Under the pieces are notes generated by a model, which searched no databases, was not told where the DNA came from, and worked only from the letters and a program-made list of their open reading frames with translations. The translations under genes and the position numbers were made by a program. A DNA stretch of 64,000 bases from an uncultured virus (IMG/VR IMGVR_UViG_3300021138_000020) (Duplodnaviria; Heunggongvirae; Uroviricota; Caudoviricetes): IMG/VR virus record IMGVR_UViG_3300021138_000020; one strand, written 5' to 3'. Shown piece after piece: positions 30,731-41,861 of this stretch (position 1 is the first letter of the stretch; each line of letters opens with the position of its first letter).

Positions 30731-33700
30731 TTAAGAATTATTAGCGTTGGTTATAATAGAAGTAGTATTCAATTGGCTGGCAGTAATAGCTGATATAACT
30801 TTTATATCAGCAGCAGTTGCTCCACTTATAAAAATTTCGTTACTTTGACAAGCAACTTCATATAAACTTCCAAAGTTATTAACAGTAGGTACAATAACAA
30901 AGTTAGTAATATCAGGTGTTAACAAGTTCATAACATAAGCAGATAATTCACTGAAGTAAAAACTCTGACCAAAGTCCCAATTTTCTAATGCAAAGAATTG
31001 ATTGATTGCAGATAAAATACTAGCAATAATTTCATTCTGACTCTTTGTGCTAGAAGCTGATTGAACAGCTTTAAAAGTACCTTGCAAACTAGCAGGAGCA
31101 GAACTGCCAAATAGAACTTTATATGTTACCGGTTGGTAAATGATCTCGTCGCTGATTGTTTTAATAGGTTCTAAGTCACTGGAGTAGTTTGATGCAAGAC
31201 TTTGACTAGTAGGCGGTAAAGGTTGGGTTCCGTTGCCTGTAGATAACCAGTTTCTAAATGCAGTATCATAGGCTGTAGTCAACATGTAAACATCAATGAT
31301 ATTACTCTTACTAGGATCAATTCTGTAATCTTGACCAGTGTTATGTTGATACTGGAATTTCAATCCACTACGACCGGCATAACATAGATAATTAGGGTTA
31401 TAAACCAATTGCAATCCGTTAGCACTTACATTTTTTACTGCACCGTCATTGACTATATAATATAGATAATCACTATCAAGACCTGCGTTTAATGCATCTT
31501 GTTCTGTGTTATAAACAATATACAACGAACTGTCTAATAAGTTATATGTTAAGCCGTCGGATCCTAGTTCAAACATTACATAAGAATCCGAAGTACCTGT
31601 ATTGATGCTGCCTACAATATTATTAAATGTATCAGGATTGGTCATTTCACTAACAGTGCCTGATCCTTCGTAGGTATAGAAACTAACCAATACTTTGCTA
31701 GGATCAACATAACCGTCAGACTCGACAATCGAGTCATCAATTTGCCATTTATAATCAACACCAAGTGCCGAGCTAGTGTTAGGAGCAGCATTTACTGATA
31801 ATACGTCAATTTGATCTTTAACAACAGAATTATTGGTATAGTCAAAATTTACACTAGCAGAATCTACCATAAATCCAGTTTGTTTTATACTTTCAAATAT
31901 ATAGTTGCAGGTTCTATACAATACTTTATAAGAAATTCCTGTCCAGGTAAATGCCACTAACCAGCTTGAATCTTTATTTGTATTAGTATCATCATTTTGA
32001 TTAGTGAGACTAAACGAATCAGCTAGGTTTAAATTAGTATCTAGAATAACATTCCAGGTTCTATTAACAACATCAAAACTTAAACCAAAGTTAGTTTGAG
32101 TCAAGCATAAATTTACAATATCTGATTCAAACGAATAAGAAAAAGAACTAATAAATGCCGGAATAATTTCTGTTGGAACAGCACCATTACCTATATTATT
32201 GCTGAAAATAACAGGACCAGTTCCGTCATTTAGATTTCCCAGGCCGTTATTAGCACCGTCTCCTATTACCTGCAATACTGTGGTCCACATATAGCTAACA
32301 GTTTTACTCGATTGAATCGATGTTATTTTTCCGTTAGGTAAAAAGTAACTACCAGCCGGTGGAACAAACTTAATCATCGATCCGGCAGTTATATAAGATA
32401 AAGGAGCATAGGCACTCGATCCTACAGGTTGAGGAGTAGTGCCGGCTTTAAAATAACCGCGACTTTGACCTGCAACAGCATTAGTTAGATTCCAAGTATA
32501 TCCGCTGGCAGTAATTGCATAGCTGGATTTTCTGTATTGATCTAAATAGAAAGACAATAAAGATCTACTAGCAATAATAGGTTCTAGGTGTTTTTTTATA
32601 GCAGTAAAAATTTGATTATTGCTGATAAAAGAAAATTCAAAACTATTTTGAGAGATATTTTTATATAATACTCCGTCGTCAGCAAATATATTAGTAGAGC
32701 TGTATTTTCCACTAACATCACTTAATTCAAAGTATTTGCTTACTCCGCTAGAAACTCGAGCAACGCTTTTAACTTTCAATACATTACTGGTAACTGTCAG
32801 TGGAGCAATATTATAATCCTCAGCAGTGACCATACGGTTCTGTAGATAATAGTTTTGAGGGGCATTTTGTTGAATACTAGCATTAGTTTCAGTGGCCGCA
32901 CTATTATTAACGGTATATTGAAGACCTAGTGTTAATGTTAATTTGTTAGGTTGTCCTGCTTTGTTAATATAAGGAATATCAACGCTTATACCGCTCATTT
33001 GTTGGGGAGTGATAGAATATACAAGACCGTTACTTTGTCTATAGTATAAAACAAACTGCCCTTTAGGTAAATTTCCAAAACTACCGTCGGCAAAATTTAA
33101 ATCTATCTGATCCGTATCTCTGTTAGTCACACTATATACATTTCTAACATTTTGTTTAAGACTATTATAGATAACATTATTACCGATGACATTAGGAACC
33201 TGTGTCCAAGGTGCAGACGGATATGTACCGTCTGCATTTAATTGCCATAGCCAAACATCAGTATTATTAATACCACTGACATTGATACCAATAATTTCAT
33301 CAGGTACTGGATTATTAATTGTAAAATTGCTCAAGGCTAAAGCACCTTGTTTGAAAAATGCAAAGAAGCCGGTGTTTGCACTACCAGAACCTTGATTATC
33401 ATTTTGATAAATGAGGCTCACTGCAGTTCTAGGGGCAGGGGCAGATTCATATATAAAATCTTTGCCAGAAAATGTAGCAGGTACAATTTCAAAATTCATA
33501 TAGGTACCATTTATGTTTTGGCTAAAACTATAAGCAGGTACATCAACATTAGAACTATTGATCAGATATTGTTCTGTATAAATTCCGTTTAAATTTTCAT
33601 TACGATCATTAGGTACACCAAATGCTGTAGACCCGGGCATGGCCGCGTTCATAACCGCAATAAATTGTTGGTACCAATTAGTATTTGAAGGATCGTTCCA

Positions 33701-34129
33701 TGCAACACTAACATTGGCGAGATTAACTCCCGTTGCATCAATGACATTTTCTGTAGTAGAAACACTGGTTATCTTTAACAATCCACTAGCAGGAATATTC
33801 CGCTTAGGAACATAACCAACTAGTTGAGCCAAACGTAGTATGCTATCTCGACGTTGGGCAGTTTCTAAGAAATTTTCACGGGCATTTAAGTCAATACGGA
33901 AACTTAAATTTTGCCCCATATAGGCAATAAGATCGACTAGAGCAATATATTCACTGCTATCAATGAAGTCATTAAAATCTTCGGGATAGTTTTCTTGTAG
34001 ATAAGAAATTAAAATACGACGAATAGTGTCAAAATCGTAACTTTGAAAGTCTGCGTTACGAAAGGATTGATATATTTTGGTCCAATCTTCTGTAACTAGT
34101 AGCTGTGAGTTTGTTGCTGGAATGGTCAT
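30731..34129 (-). CDS. Baseplate wedge protein (T4 gp6-like)
   Basis: DFDTIR, ENFLETA..RDSILRLA..VGY.P, FADG.FG..P, QNRMVTAEDY. Confidence 0.9.
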   Translation of the reverse strand: MTIPATNSQLLVTEDWTKIYQSFRNADFQSYDFDTIRRILISYLQENYPEDFNDFIDSSEYIALVDLIAYMGQNLSFRIDLNARENFLETAQRRDSILRLAQLVGYVPKRNIPASGLLKITSVSTTENVIDATGVNLANVSVAWNDPSNTNWYQQFIAVMNAAMPGSTAFGVPNDRNENLNGIYTEQYLINSSNVDVPAYSFSQNINGTYMNFEIVPATFSGKDFIYESAPAPRTAVSLIYQNDNQGSGSANTGFFAFFKQGALALSNFTINNPVPDEIIGINVSGINNTDVWLWQLNADGTYPSAPWTQVPNVIGNNVIYNSLKQNVRNVYSVTNRDTDQIDLNFADGSFGNLPKGQFVLYYRQSNGLVYSITPQQMSGISVDIPYINKAGQPNKLTLTLGLQYTVNNSAATETNASIQQNAPQNYYLQNRMVTAEDYNIAPLTVTSNVLKVKSVARVSSGVSKYFELSDVSGKYSSTNIFADDGVLYKNISQNSFEFSFISNNQIFTAIKKHLEPIIASRSLLSFYLDQYRKSSYAITASGYTWNLTNAVAGQSRGYFKAGTTPQPVGSSAYAPLSYITAGSMIKFVPPAGSYFLPNGKITSIQSSKTVSYMWTTVLQVIGDGANNGLGNLNDGTGPVIFSNNIGNGAVPTEIIPAFISSFSYSFESDIVNLCLTQTNFGLSFDVVNRTWNVILDTNLNLADSFSLTNQNDDTNTNKDSSWLVAFTWTGISYKVLYRTCNYIFESIKQTGFMVDSASVNFDYTNNSVVKDQIDVLSVNAAPNTSSALGVDYKWQIDDSIVESDGYVDPSKVLVSFYTYEGSGTVSEMTNPDTFNNIVGSINTGTSDSYVMFELGSDGLTYNLLDSSLYIVYNTEQDALNAGLDSDYLYYIVNDGAVKNVSANGLQLVYNPNYLCYAGRSGLKFQYQHNTGQDYRIDPSKSNIIDVYMLTTAYDTAFRNWLSTGNGTQPLPPTSQSLASNYSSDLEPIKTISDEIIYQPVTYKVLFGSSAPASLQGTFKAVQSASSTKSQNEIIASILSAINQFFALENWDFGQSFYFSELSAYVMNLLTPDITNFVIVPTVNNFGSLYEVACQSNEIFISGATAADIKVISAITASQLNTTSIITNANNS

Positions 34130-34174
34130 ATTATTGCTCTATACCGTATTTATTGTATGCATAAACTTGGTACA

Positions 34175-34618
34175 TTATTGTTGCTGTACCGTTAAACCAA
34201 TGTTTTGATCAAAGGTTAGTTTTAAATTAGTAGACTGGTCAGTACCATTGAGCACGAGAGTTACTTCTATGATATATCCAGTATTATACTCTGTTAATTT
34301 AATTTGTGTTGGAGTAGCTCTAGGATCGCTAGTGCAGATAGTTTTAATATCTTGATTCAATGCTTCTCGTAATTGAGGAGTCATTGGTTCCATTATAGCA
34401 TCCCAGATAATACTACCAAAGGCAGGCTTCATCACCCTTTCGCCTTTTCGAGTATTGAATTGATTTAAGATATCCTGTGCAATCAAATCAAGGTCAAAGA
34501 GCTTTGATGTAGTATTGGCAGGATTTTGTGTGCTGAAGCCAACATAAAACTGACTGGTTTTAGTTACCTGCTGTTGTACTGCATTAGCATTAGATATTTC
34601 AATTGACTTGTATGGCAT
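34175..34618 (-). CDS. Baseplate wedge subunit (gp25-like)
   Basis: DILNQFNTRKGERVMKPAFGS...DPR. Confidence 0.9.
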   Translation of the reverse strand: MPYKSIEISNANAVQQQVTKTSQFYVGFSTQNPANTTSKLFDLDLIAQDILNQFNTRKGERVMKPAFGSIIWDAIMEPMTPQLREALNQDIKTICTSDPRATPTQIKLTEYNTGYIIEVTLVLNGTDQSTNLKLTFDQNIGLTVQQQ

Positions 34619-34628
34619 GATATAATAT

Positions 34629-36971
34629 TTATTGTCCTGTAGTTACTGGGTGTCCTTGGCTATCGGTTAAGATACCACCAGTACCTGTTTTGACAGCATT
34701 TGAAGGAGTACTACTGCTAGGTTGCAGTTGTCCTAAGAAACATTGATAGAATCCTAATTTTGTAGCGTGTATGTCGGGAGTATTGAACCCCACTGCTTGG
34801 CAAGCTGCTTCAAAATAACCAGCATCAGTTTGTGCAACCTTAACACGATCTAAGAAATATAGCACACTGACCTGAGCAGCAATAGTTGGGTCCGACAACA
34901 TGTCAGGTTTATCGGTCAATGCTGTAGGACTAGACACTAATCCTTTTTTATACATCAACTGACTATACTTGGCATAATTTGCTCGGCCAGTTAGCTGTAT
35001 AAATCCGCGACCGATAAATGCACTGCCATCTCCCGATTGTGTATTGCCCAAGCCTTTGCCTTTGGCAGTATTAGATCCGTATAAAAATTCAGGCAGGCTA
35101 TTGTTAGGATTGCCAACATATTGTTGAGCCAATGATTGGTCGCCTTTAAACACCGTTGGAAATACCTGTAACAATCTGGCTGCTGATGTGTAGTTAAAAC
35201 TTTCCGTAACCACTTTCCAACGGCTTTCTCCACCAGCAATACCCAACAAACTAGCAACAGCATAAGGAGATGTTAATCCTAGTTGTGAGGCGGCGGCCTT
35301 AAGAGCACTAATACCTGCCTGGCTTGCAGGAGCATTGATATCTTTAGCATACTTAGGATCGCAGGTATCCGGTATAACATCAGGAGTATTAGCAGGCGGT
35401 TGAATTCCTGCATCAGGACTCGGCGGTACTCCTGCAGCAGCCCTTGGTGATGTAGGAGTTGTTTGTAGTGTAACATCAGTTGCTGTAGAACTAAATTGAC
35501 TGGGATTAATATTTTCGTGTTGGTCCCACGGCTCGTGTGTAGGTACACGCTGCATTATAGATTTAATATCTGTAGTTTTATATTTGTTACTTTTTAAAGC
35601 CCAGCTGGTTGCAGGATTTCGATTAGGTAAACTAAAGATAGACAACGGTGGTGGTAGTGTAGCAGCATCTGCTGTATTAGGTGCAGGTGCAGCAGGCCCA
35701 TTCATATGAATCTTAGAACCGGTCTGTATTATATTGCCATTAGCATCAATACTAAAATTACCACCCGAACCTATCTTAAAATTTTCTCCAGAAATAACAT
35801 TTACTTCGTGACCGGTGGTAATTTTTAAATCTTTTACTACAGAAAAGTTTAAGTCTTGAGCAACAGTATTTCTAACAGTTCCGCCGACGGTGTGGTCAAG
35901 ATCGTTTCTAATAGCTATTTTGCCGTAGTCGTCTACTAATAGGAAATAATAACCAGTAACATTAGTTTCCATATTTCCCACAGCACGAACATTAATATTT
36001 CTACCCGCTTCTAAGTTGATATCTCTATCTGCTCTAAAGTTAAAATCAGCTTCGCTATGTATGCTAACGCTGTCTTTGGCGTAGATATCTATTTTACCGT
36101 TGCTGGTCATTTCTAACCAAGCAGTACCTTTGCTGTTAGCAATGTAGATTAAGTCGCTAGAATTATGTAAAAGTATTTGATGACCTGTTCTAGTACGAAT
36201 TCTTACCAATTCATTTTGTCCGTTGATATCCCCATCATCCATTACAAATGTACTGCCACCTAGCCTGCTCACAGGAGCATCTATACCTGCATCATAGCCA
36301 ATCTTTCCTGTCTTAGCTCCAGGACTAGTATCTAACGGACCAGGTGTACTGATACCAAATACCTGACTAGGTACTTCTCTGCGAGCACTTGTAGTTGTAA
36401 CACCTCGTATTGTGTCTAACAATAATCCTTGTGCCAACAATCTATCTGCAAAAGGATGTATTGGCTTTTTCATCGTGTTAGGATTCAAGGAATTCTGATC
36501 TGCTACAGTTTTATTATATTCAGCAACAGGCAAATAAGTTGTACCATATCTGTTAAATTGTTCTTGGGTCATTGAAGTATACTGGCTTGCAGCAATACCC
36601 GGGACCATGTGATTTTGGAACATGTCCTGTATACACCCTATCCAGTATCCTTGATTAGGATCACCGTCGACAAATATAACTAAAACACGAGTACCTACAT
36701 CCGGTGGGATCATCCACATACCATAGCTCTTTTGAACATCGTTAAAATTGCTGGCATTATTACCCTCAAATCTAGGACTGGTATTCCCCGAAAAAGGACT
36801 TAGATATCTAACGATGTAGGTATTACCCTGGTCCTGTATAGGATTTTGAATATTTTTAATAAGAGCAACTTCTAGCATACCCATATAGGTAGTATCTAGA
36901 TGATTGGTAATTTCTGCAACAAAGGGCCCCGGTGTCGGAAGAGCTCCTCGTTTTCTTTTATCTATTGCCAT
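34629..36971 (-). CDS. Baseplate hub/spike protein (gp5-like) with C-terminal GH19 lysozyme domain
   Basis: OB-fold PPDVGTRVLVIF, RIRTRTGHQ, beta-helix repeats; C-terminal GES...ESFNY, GN...GDG..FIGRGFIQLTGRANY. Confidence 0.85.
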   Translation of the reverse strand: MAIDKRKRGALPTPGPFVAEITNHLDTTYMGMLEVALIKNIQNPIQDQGNTYIVRYLSPFSGNTSPRFEGNNASNFNDVQKSYGMWMIPPDVGTRVLVIFVDGDPNQGYWIGCIQDMFQNHMVPGIAASQYTSMTQEQFNRYGTTYLPVAEYNKTVADQNSLNPNTMKKPIHPFADRLLAQGLLLDTIRGVTTTSARREVPSQVFGISTPGPLDTSPGAKTGKIGYDAGIDAPVSRLGGSTFVMDDGDINGQNELVRIRTRTGHQILLHNSSDLIYIANSKGTAWLEMTSNGKIDIYAKDSVSIHSEADFNFRADRDINLEAGRNINVRAVGNMETNVTGYYFLLVDDYGKIAIRNDLDHTVGGTVRNTVAQDLNFSVVKDLKITTGHEVNVISGENFKIGSGGNFSIDANGNIIQTGSKIHMNGPAAPAPNTADAATLPPPLSIFSLPNRNPATSWALKSNKYKTTDIKSIMQRVPTHEPWDQHENINPSQFSSTATDVTLQTTPTSPRAAAGVPPSPDAGIQPPANTPDVIPDTCDPKYAKDINAPASQAGISALKAAASQLGLTSPYAVASLLGIAGGESRWKVVTESFNYTSAARLLQVFPTVFKGDQSLAQQYVGNPNNSLPEFLYGSNTAKGKGLGNTQSGDGSAFIGRGFIQLTGRANYAKYSQLMYKKGLVSSPTALTDKPDMLSDPTIAAQVSVLYFLDRVKVAQTDAGYFEAACQAVGFNTPDIHATKLGFYQCFLGQLQPSSSTPSNAVKTGTGGILTDSQGHPVTTGQ

Positions 36972-36983
36972 TTATAATACACC

Positions 36984-39900
36984 TTATCGATTTAACATTA
37001 TTTTATCTAGCGGGTTTGAAGCTGCACCCAGGCTACCAAACTGCGAAGTAACAGATTTAGTTAGATTGCCCCCGTTATTGATCATTGATCCTAGAGAAGA
37101 ATTTACAAGACTCTGTTTAGTTTCTACAGCATCAACATTCCCGGTGAGAGATGATAGTTGAGAAGCCGCAGAAAATAAGCGACCAGCATTGGCAGCAATA
37201 TTAACTCCGGGTAAATTAGTCAAAGACCCTAGAGGATTTTTAATAGCTGCAGGCACTGAAGATAATGCTGCGGTTACTGCACTAGGAGGTAATTCAGACT
37301 GTGGTATAGCCAAAACATCATTTACAGCATAGGATCTAGCTAAGGCCATTTTACCGCCTGTTTGAGCAACATAATTAATATACTGCGTATCAGGTTGGGG
37401 GTCAGGTGCTGTAGTATAGGGAGAAGTCGCCGGCAGCGCTGCTAGACCCGAGGGAGATAAAGAATTTAAGTTTACACCTTGTGCTGCGGTTTGTGACAAA
37501 TTAGTATTAACAGGCACATTATTTGCAATACTAGCAAACTGCGATAAAACTTTGCTCTGTAGATTTGAACTTAAACCTGCAATCTGAGACGGATTAACTC
37601 CAAGTCTTACAGCAATTGCCAAAGGATCCGCTGCAGATGTTAATCCTGCTTTTGTAGGAATACATTGAGCACCACCGGATAAGATAGCACTAGCTGGTCC
37701 TAAATTAGCCACTGCAGATATAGCATTAATACCCAGGCCTTTGGCGGCGCCTGAGATTGCAGTAATATTTGTAGGCATTGTTGAATTCTGTGCAATAACA
37801 TCTTGAGCAGTAATAGTGCCGCCTGCAGCAATTAAGGTACTAACCGGCGTAGCAGGAGTGTATGACACAAATGCTCCTTTACCTATTCCTGAACCAGGTA
37901 CACTGACCTGATTAATAATATTGCTAGCCTGAGACACAATTGAATTTGCTAGTTGTAAGGTAGGTGCGCTAATACCGCCTGCTCTTAAAGTATTTGAAAC
38001 TTGATTTAATAGTGCTGCAGGCCCCAATGCTTTCTGTTGCAGGGATGCAATACCCGATGCCTGCAATGGTATTCCTAGAGCAGACTGATTGATTCCGCCG
38101 GGTATTACACCACCATATATCTGTGTAGCAGATCTTCCTATGCCAGCAAGGTTAGGAGTTGCACCGCTGACCTGTGTTAGCAAAGCATTAGTAGTACCGC
38201 CGAGCCCTCCAGATGCATTGGTAAAATTGCTTAATTGTCCGGGTAAGCCGGGACTAGGTAGTCCACGATCTTGTTGATTTAACAGATTAAAAGTATCAGG
38301 ACGATTGCTAGATTGTTCCGAAGTATCGCTAACAACTTTATCCGGTGGAGAAGTATCTTCTTGCTTTTGATCTAGAGGATTTGGTTCGCTGGTCATTACC
38401 GTAGCAGGGTTTGTTGGAGGTAAACTACTATCTAATAATTGACCGGGTACTCGAAGAATATCTAATTTCTGTTTAAACACACCGTCTTTGAAAGTAGAAA
38501 CTACTTTAAGAATTCGATAGACTCCGCTAAAAGGAACTAGTCTAGGATCAAAATTATATTTTCCAGTGGTAGGATCTATATCAATCGGATTTCTAAACTT
38601 TAGAGTAACCCAAACTTCACCTTGATTGTGATTAGCTTCTCCATTTTCAGTTACCTGAGGATTAGTAGAACTTGCAGGTTTGGGGTTGTAGTTGCCTATA
38701 CCACCTGTTACTAGGAAAAATGGATCTCCTAGTATATCCACTTCTCCTGTTAACATACCGCTGGTAGAATTAACAATAGCATTGTGCATATTTCTAGCTA
38801 GTACAAGATAGGGATCATCTTGTCGTGTTGTTCCAGAATTTTTATTCACCTGTGTATTATCTGGTGTAGTTTGTACAGAACCCGTTCCTATAGGATTATT
38901 CTTTGCAATGGTTACTGAATCGGGATTAGATTTAGGAGCAGTTTGATTTGTCTTTGAAATCGCATCTCGCGATGGAGGGCCCTGGTCTTGACCCATTGCC
39001 GACGGAATAGCTTCAAAGAATAGTGTGTTAAAATTTAATTTAAAACTTAAAAGATCAACATTTTTCCCTGTGTAGATATAATTGTATTCACGAATACTAT
39101 ATTTTTTTAATTTTGATTCATCTTCAATAGGATTTCCGTATCTTGGAATTCGAGAGTAATGAACTTTGTAAGGTGTGACAACAAATGTATAAATTTGATA
39201 AGGTTTTCTTGTGTCGGGATTTATTTTATTTTTATTTGTAATTTCTGCTTTGACTAAAAAATAGTCTATCATTCCATATTCATCTATTAGGCCAGGAACA
39301 GGAGCTACTTTACCATCTTTAGTTTCTGTGCTTAATTTTTTAATAATATCTCTTGATTTTTTACAATCTGTAAGAATTGCATTAATACAATCTAGTAAAC
39401 CAACACCTTCTGCAAATTGTGCCGTAGGTCCAGTTGTTGGCGATATTTTAAAAGATGCCGGTGCTTTGGCATTTTGTTCGGGTGTAGGTTTGGTTTGTCC
39501 CTTGGCCTGTGTTGCATTGGGCTGTGTAGTCTTTGCAGGGTCGGGCATTACATAATTGTTATTGTAACTTAGATCAGTAATCTCTGATTTACCGAAATCA
39601 TTACTAGTACCCGCCGAGTCGCCGCCAACAAATCCGTTGGTAGAATCAAAAGTAGGAAATTTTATTTTATACTCGTCGTGAACACTTTGGTCGCCATTTT
39701 TACTTTTTTTATCATCTTCAGCAACCTGAGTTGTCATCTTATCCATAAGATTGGTTAAAATCTCATAAACTGTTTTACCTGTCATTTTAGTAGATTTTTT
39801 TAATGTTCCTATATTACCAAATGCCTGTTCATTGAATGGAATTGCCGAACATTTATACATTGTACCTTTTTCGTCAATGGATACATCAACACCTGTAAAT

Positions 39901-40643
39901 CTAATTACATAATATCTTGTAGCATGATCTATTTCTGGAACAACTGCCGGCAGTCCATCTCCATCGGGATACCCTGCAAACTGCATCTTTAATAAAAAAC
40001 TAGCTTGGGTGTATGTAGGATATCCAGCAGCAACTGAAGCAACCTGTAGTGCTTCAATAAATCCATTGATACTATATGGCTCAACCACATCAAATTTAAT
40101 ACCGGTCGGTTGACTAGATGGTGCTTTTTCATTACTTGACATTAGACTTTCAATCTCTAGATTATCGATAAACATATCGAACCTTCCAGGACTGTCTTTA
40201 TTAAATCCGTCAACTAATGCACCGCCGCTGGCATCTGACCAAGTTTTATTTGTTGTAGAAGTAGATACCGATTTAACTTTACCTGTCTTAACATCAGATG
40301 TAGTTGTTTCTGATTGTTCTTGATATGTTCTTTCTACAGGAACAATTTTATTACTAATGCCTGCAGTACCTTTCCCACCCGATTTTAAAATAACATATTT
40401 TAATGGCTTAGATCTATATGCATCAGGATCATTAACTTCTTGAGAATCTAATGCTGCCAATGTAAAAATATAGGTCGAAGATCTAAAATTATTCAATACA
40501 TTTTTTTCAGTGCCTTGAACAACATCGGGATTTTTAGAATCAGACGGTGTAGGCGGCGACACTATAGATGTAGCAGTAGATACTTTGGCTGTTTTATTTT
40601 CTACACTCGAACTATTATTAAGCAGGCTGGAAAAAAATCCCAT
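36984..40643 (-). CDS. Large tail/baseplate hub protein
   Basis: Lies between the gp53- and gp5-like genes; YNYIYTGKN, ILGDPF and FSGVY..V.S.F..G.F.Q.L hub-like motifs. Confidence 0.6.
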   Translation of the reverse strand: MGFFSSLLNNSSSVENKTAKVSTATSIVSPPTPSDSKNPDVVQGTEKNVLNNFRSSTYIFTLAALDSQEVNDPDAYRSKPLKYVILKSGGKGTAGISNKIVPVERTYQEQSETTTSDVKTGKVKSVSTSTTNKTWSDASGGALVDGFNKDSPGRFDMFIDNLEIESLMSSNEKAPSSQPTGIKFDVVEPYSINGFIEALQVASVAAGYPTYTQASFLLKMQFAGYPDGDGLPAVVPEIDHATRYYVIRFTGVDVSIDEKGTMYKCSAIPFNEQAFGNIGTLKKSTKMTGKTVYEILTNLMDKMTTQVAEDDKKSKNGDQSVHDEYKIKFPTFDSTNGFVGGDSAGTSNDFGKSEITDLSYNNNYVMPDPAKTTQPNATQAKGQTKPTPEQNAKAPASFKISPTTGPTAQFAEGVGLLDCINAILTDCKKSRDIIKKLSTETKDGKVAPVPGLIDEYGMIDYFLVKAEITNKNKINPDTRKPYQIYTFVVTPYKVHYSRIPRYGNPIEDESKLKKYSIREYNYIYTGKNVDLLSFKLNFNTLFFEAIPSAMGQDQGPPSRDAISKTNQTAPKSNPDSVTIAKNNPIGTGSVQTTPDNTQVNKNSGTTRQDDPYLVLARNMHNAIVNSTSGMLTGEVDILGDPFFLVTGGIGNYNPKPASSTNPQVTENGEANHNQGEVWVTLKFRNPIDIDPTTGKYNFDPRLVPFSGVYRILKVVSTFKDGVFKQKLDILRVPGQLLDSSLPPTNPATVMTSEPNPLDQKQEDTSPPDKVVSDTSEQSSNRPDTFNLLNQQDRGLPSPGLPGQLSNFTNASGGLGGTTNALLTQVSGATPNLAGIGRSATQIYGGVIPGGINQSALGIPLQASGIASLQQKALGPAALLNQVSNTLRAGGISAPTLQLANSIVSQASNIINQVSVPGSGIGKGAFVSYTPATPVSTLIAAGGTITAQDVIAQNSTMPTNITAISGAAKGLGINAISAVANLGPASAILSGGAQCIPTKAGLTSAADPLAIAVRLGVNPSQIAGLSSNLQSKVLSQFASIANNVPVNTNLSQTAAQGVNLNSLSPSGLAALPATSPYTTAPDPQPDTQYINYVAQTGGKMALARSYAVNDVLAIPQSELPPSAVTAALSSVPAAIKNPLGSLTNLPGVNIAANAGRLFSAASQLSSLTGNVDAVETKQSLVNSSLGSMINNGGNLTKSVTSQFGSLGAASNPLDKIMLNR

Positions 40644-40644
40644 A

Positions 40645-40947
40645 TTAAATTCCTAATGCAGATCTAAGTGTAGTTAATTGTGGCAGATATATTTTAGTAC
40701 CTGCCTGCAAATCAAATATAGGATCTTGTATGGTGTTTAAATTTCTCACAGCAAATACCCACCACAATCCTACTTCTCCGTAGAGATCATAGGCCAACAG
40801 ATCGGGTCTATATTCATAACTCTTAGTCACGGTGAATAGGATATCATTGGCCAAGGCCGGAATACCCGGAGCTTTCCATATGTCTAAATAACCACTGGTT
40901 TGATCAGTACTATAATATGGACTATATTTAGAATAAGGTACTGACAT
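40645..40947 (-). CDS. Baseplate wedge protein (gp53/LysM-like)
   Basis: YRPDLLAYDLYG...LWWVFA.RN...IYLP. Confidence 0.85.
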   Translation of the reverse strand: MSVPYSKYSPYYSTDQTSGYLDIWKAPGIPALANDILFTVTKSYEYRPDLLAYDLYGEVGLWWVFAVRNLNTIQDPIFDLQAGTKIYLPQLTTLRSALGI

Positions 40948-40948
40948 A

Positions 40949-41743
40949 TTACACTCCCAAGCCGCCGCCACTTAACCAGTCAGTTACTGATGCATTTAAC
41001 ATTTCCTGTCTACTATACATTATTTTGCAATTAATAGAAATAGTAGATTTTGTAGGAACTAGATGATGTCCGAAAGAATTTCCTTGTCCAGGAAGTAATT
41101 CATAAAAATCAACATCATTAGGCATATCATTTTTAAAGCTAGTTATTGTTACAGGAATATTATTCAACATATAGTTACCGTAGGCATTTAATCTACAGAT
41201 AGGCGGAGGAGCTCCTGCATCAGGATCTGTACTAAATCTCATTTTGGTCAAGGCACGCAGTAAATTCACTGCCGACAAATATACTGCTGCATCTTGTGGA
41301 TTTTGTACAGTGAATAAACCCGAAATACTAATATCGACAACCGAACTAGCTTTAAAGAAATTAATAGAATAGTTGCTATGAGTAGGAGTCTGAGTGGTAT
41401 AATCAGCTTTGTGTTCTAAACTGATTGTAGGTGTATAAGGAAATACAATTCCGCCTAGTGTCGAAAACTCGGAAGCACCTGAACCTTTAGTAAGAGCTGT
41501 TAGATAATCAGTAGGAACTTTTATAGTAACTCTCATATCGCTACCTGGGCGAGAATCAGTAATAGTTACATCATTCATGAACCGCATATTAACATCAGTT
41601 GCAGGTTTAAGAATCTTCGGAATTGCACCGGGTCGAATTCCTGCTAGATCCCTTAAAGGGCCAACTGGTGCCGTTGGGAATGTAGGAGCTGTTGGAGCTG
41701 TAGGAAAGATAGGGCTTTCGGCTCCTAGTATTTGGTCGGGCAT
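40949..41743 (-). CDS. Tail-tube initiator/baseplate protein (gp48/gp54-like)
   Basis: FPYTP.I, GAPPP.C.L.AYG, PV.ITSF tube-fold motifs. Confidence 0.6.
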   Translation of the reverse strand: MPDQILGAESPIFPTAPTAPTFPTAPVGPLRDLAGIRPGAIPKILKPATDVNMRFMNDVTITDSRPGSDMRVTIKVPTDYLTALTKGSGASEFSTLGGIVFPYTPTISLEHKADYTTQTPTHSNYSINFFKASSVVDISISGLFTVQNPQDAAVYLSAVNLLRALTKMRFSTDPDAGAPPPICRLNAYGNYMLNNIPVTITSFKNDMPNDVDFYELLPGQGNSFGHHLVPTKSTISINCKIMYSRQEMLNASVTDWLSGGGLGV

Positions 41744-41766
41744 ATGAGAAATATTCCTTTATCTCT

Positions 41767-41835
41767 TATTTAACCAGATAAATAATGTGCTATTTTAATA
41801 ACAATGGTTGACACTGCCCATTCATATGTTATAAT
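41767..41835. promoter_or_regulatory. Divergent control region: late TAAATA on - (41767-72) and + (41779-84), plus a sigma70 promoter on +
   Basis: TTGACA (41808)-16 nt-TATAAT (41830) with extended -10 TG. Confidence 0.7.
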
Positions 41836-41861
41836 CAATATTAAAGGATAATAATAATAAG

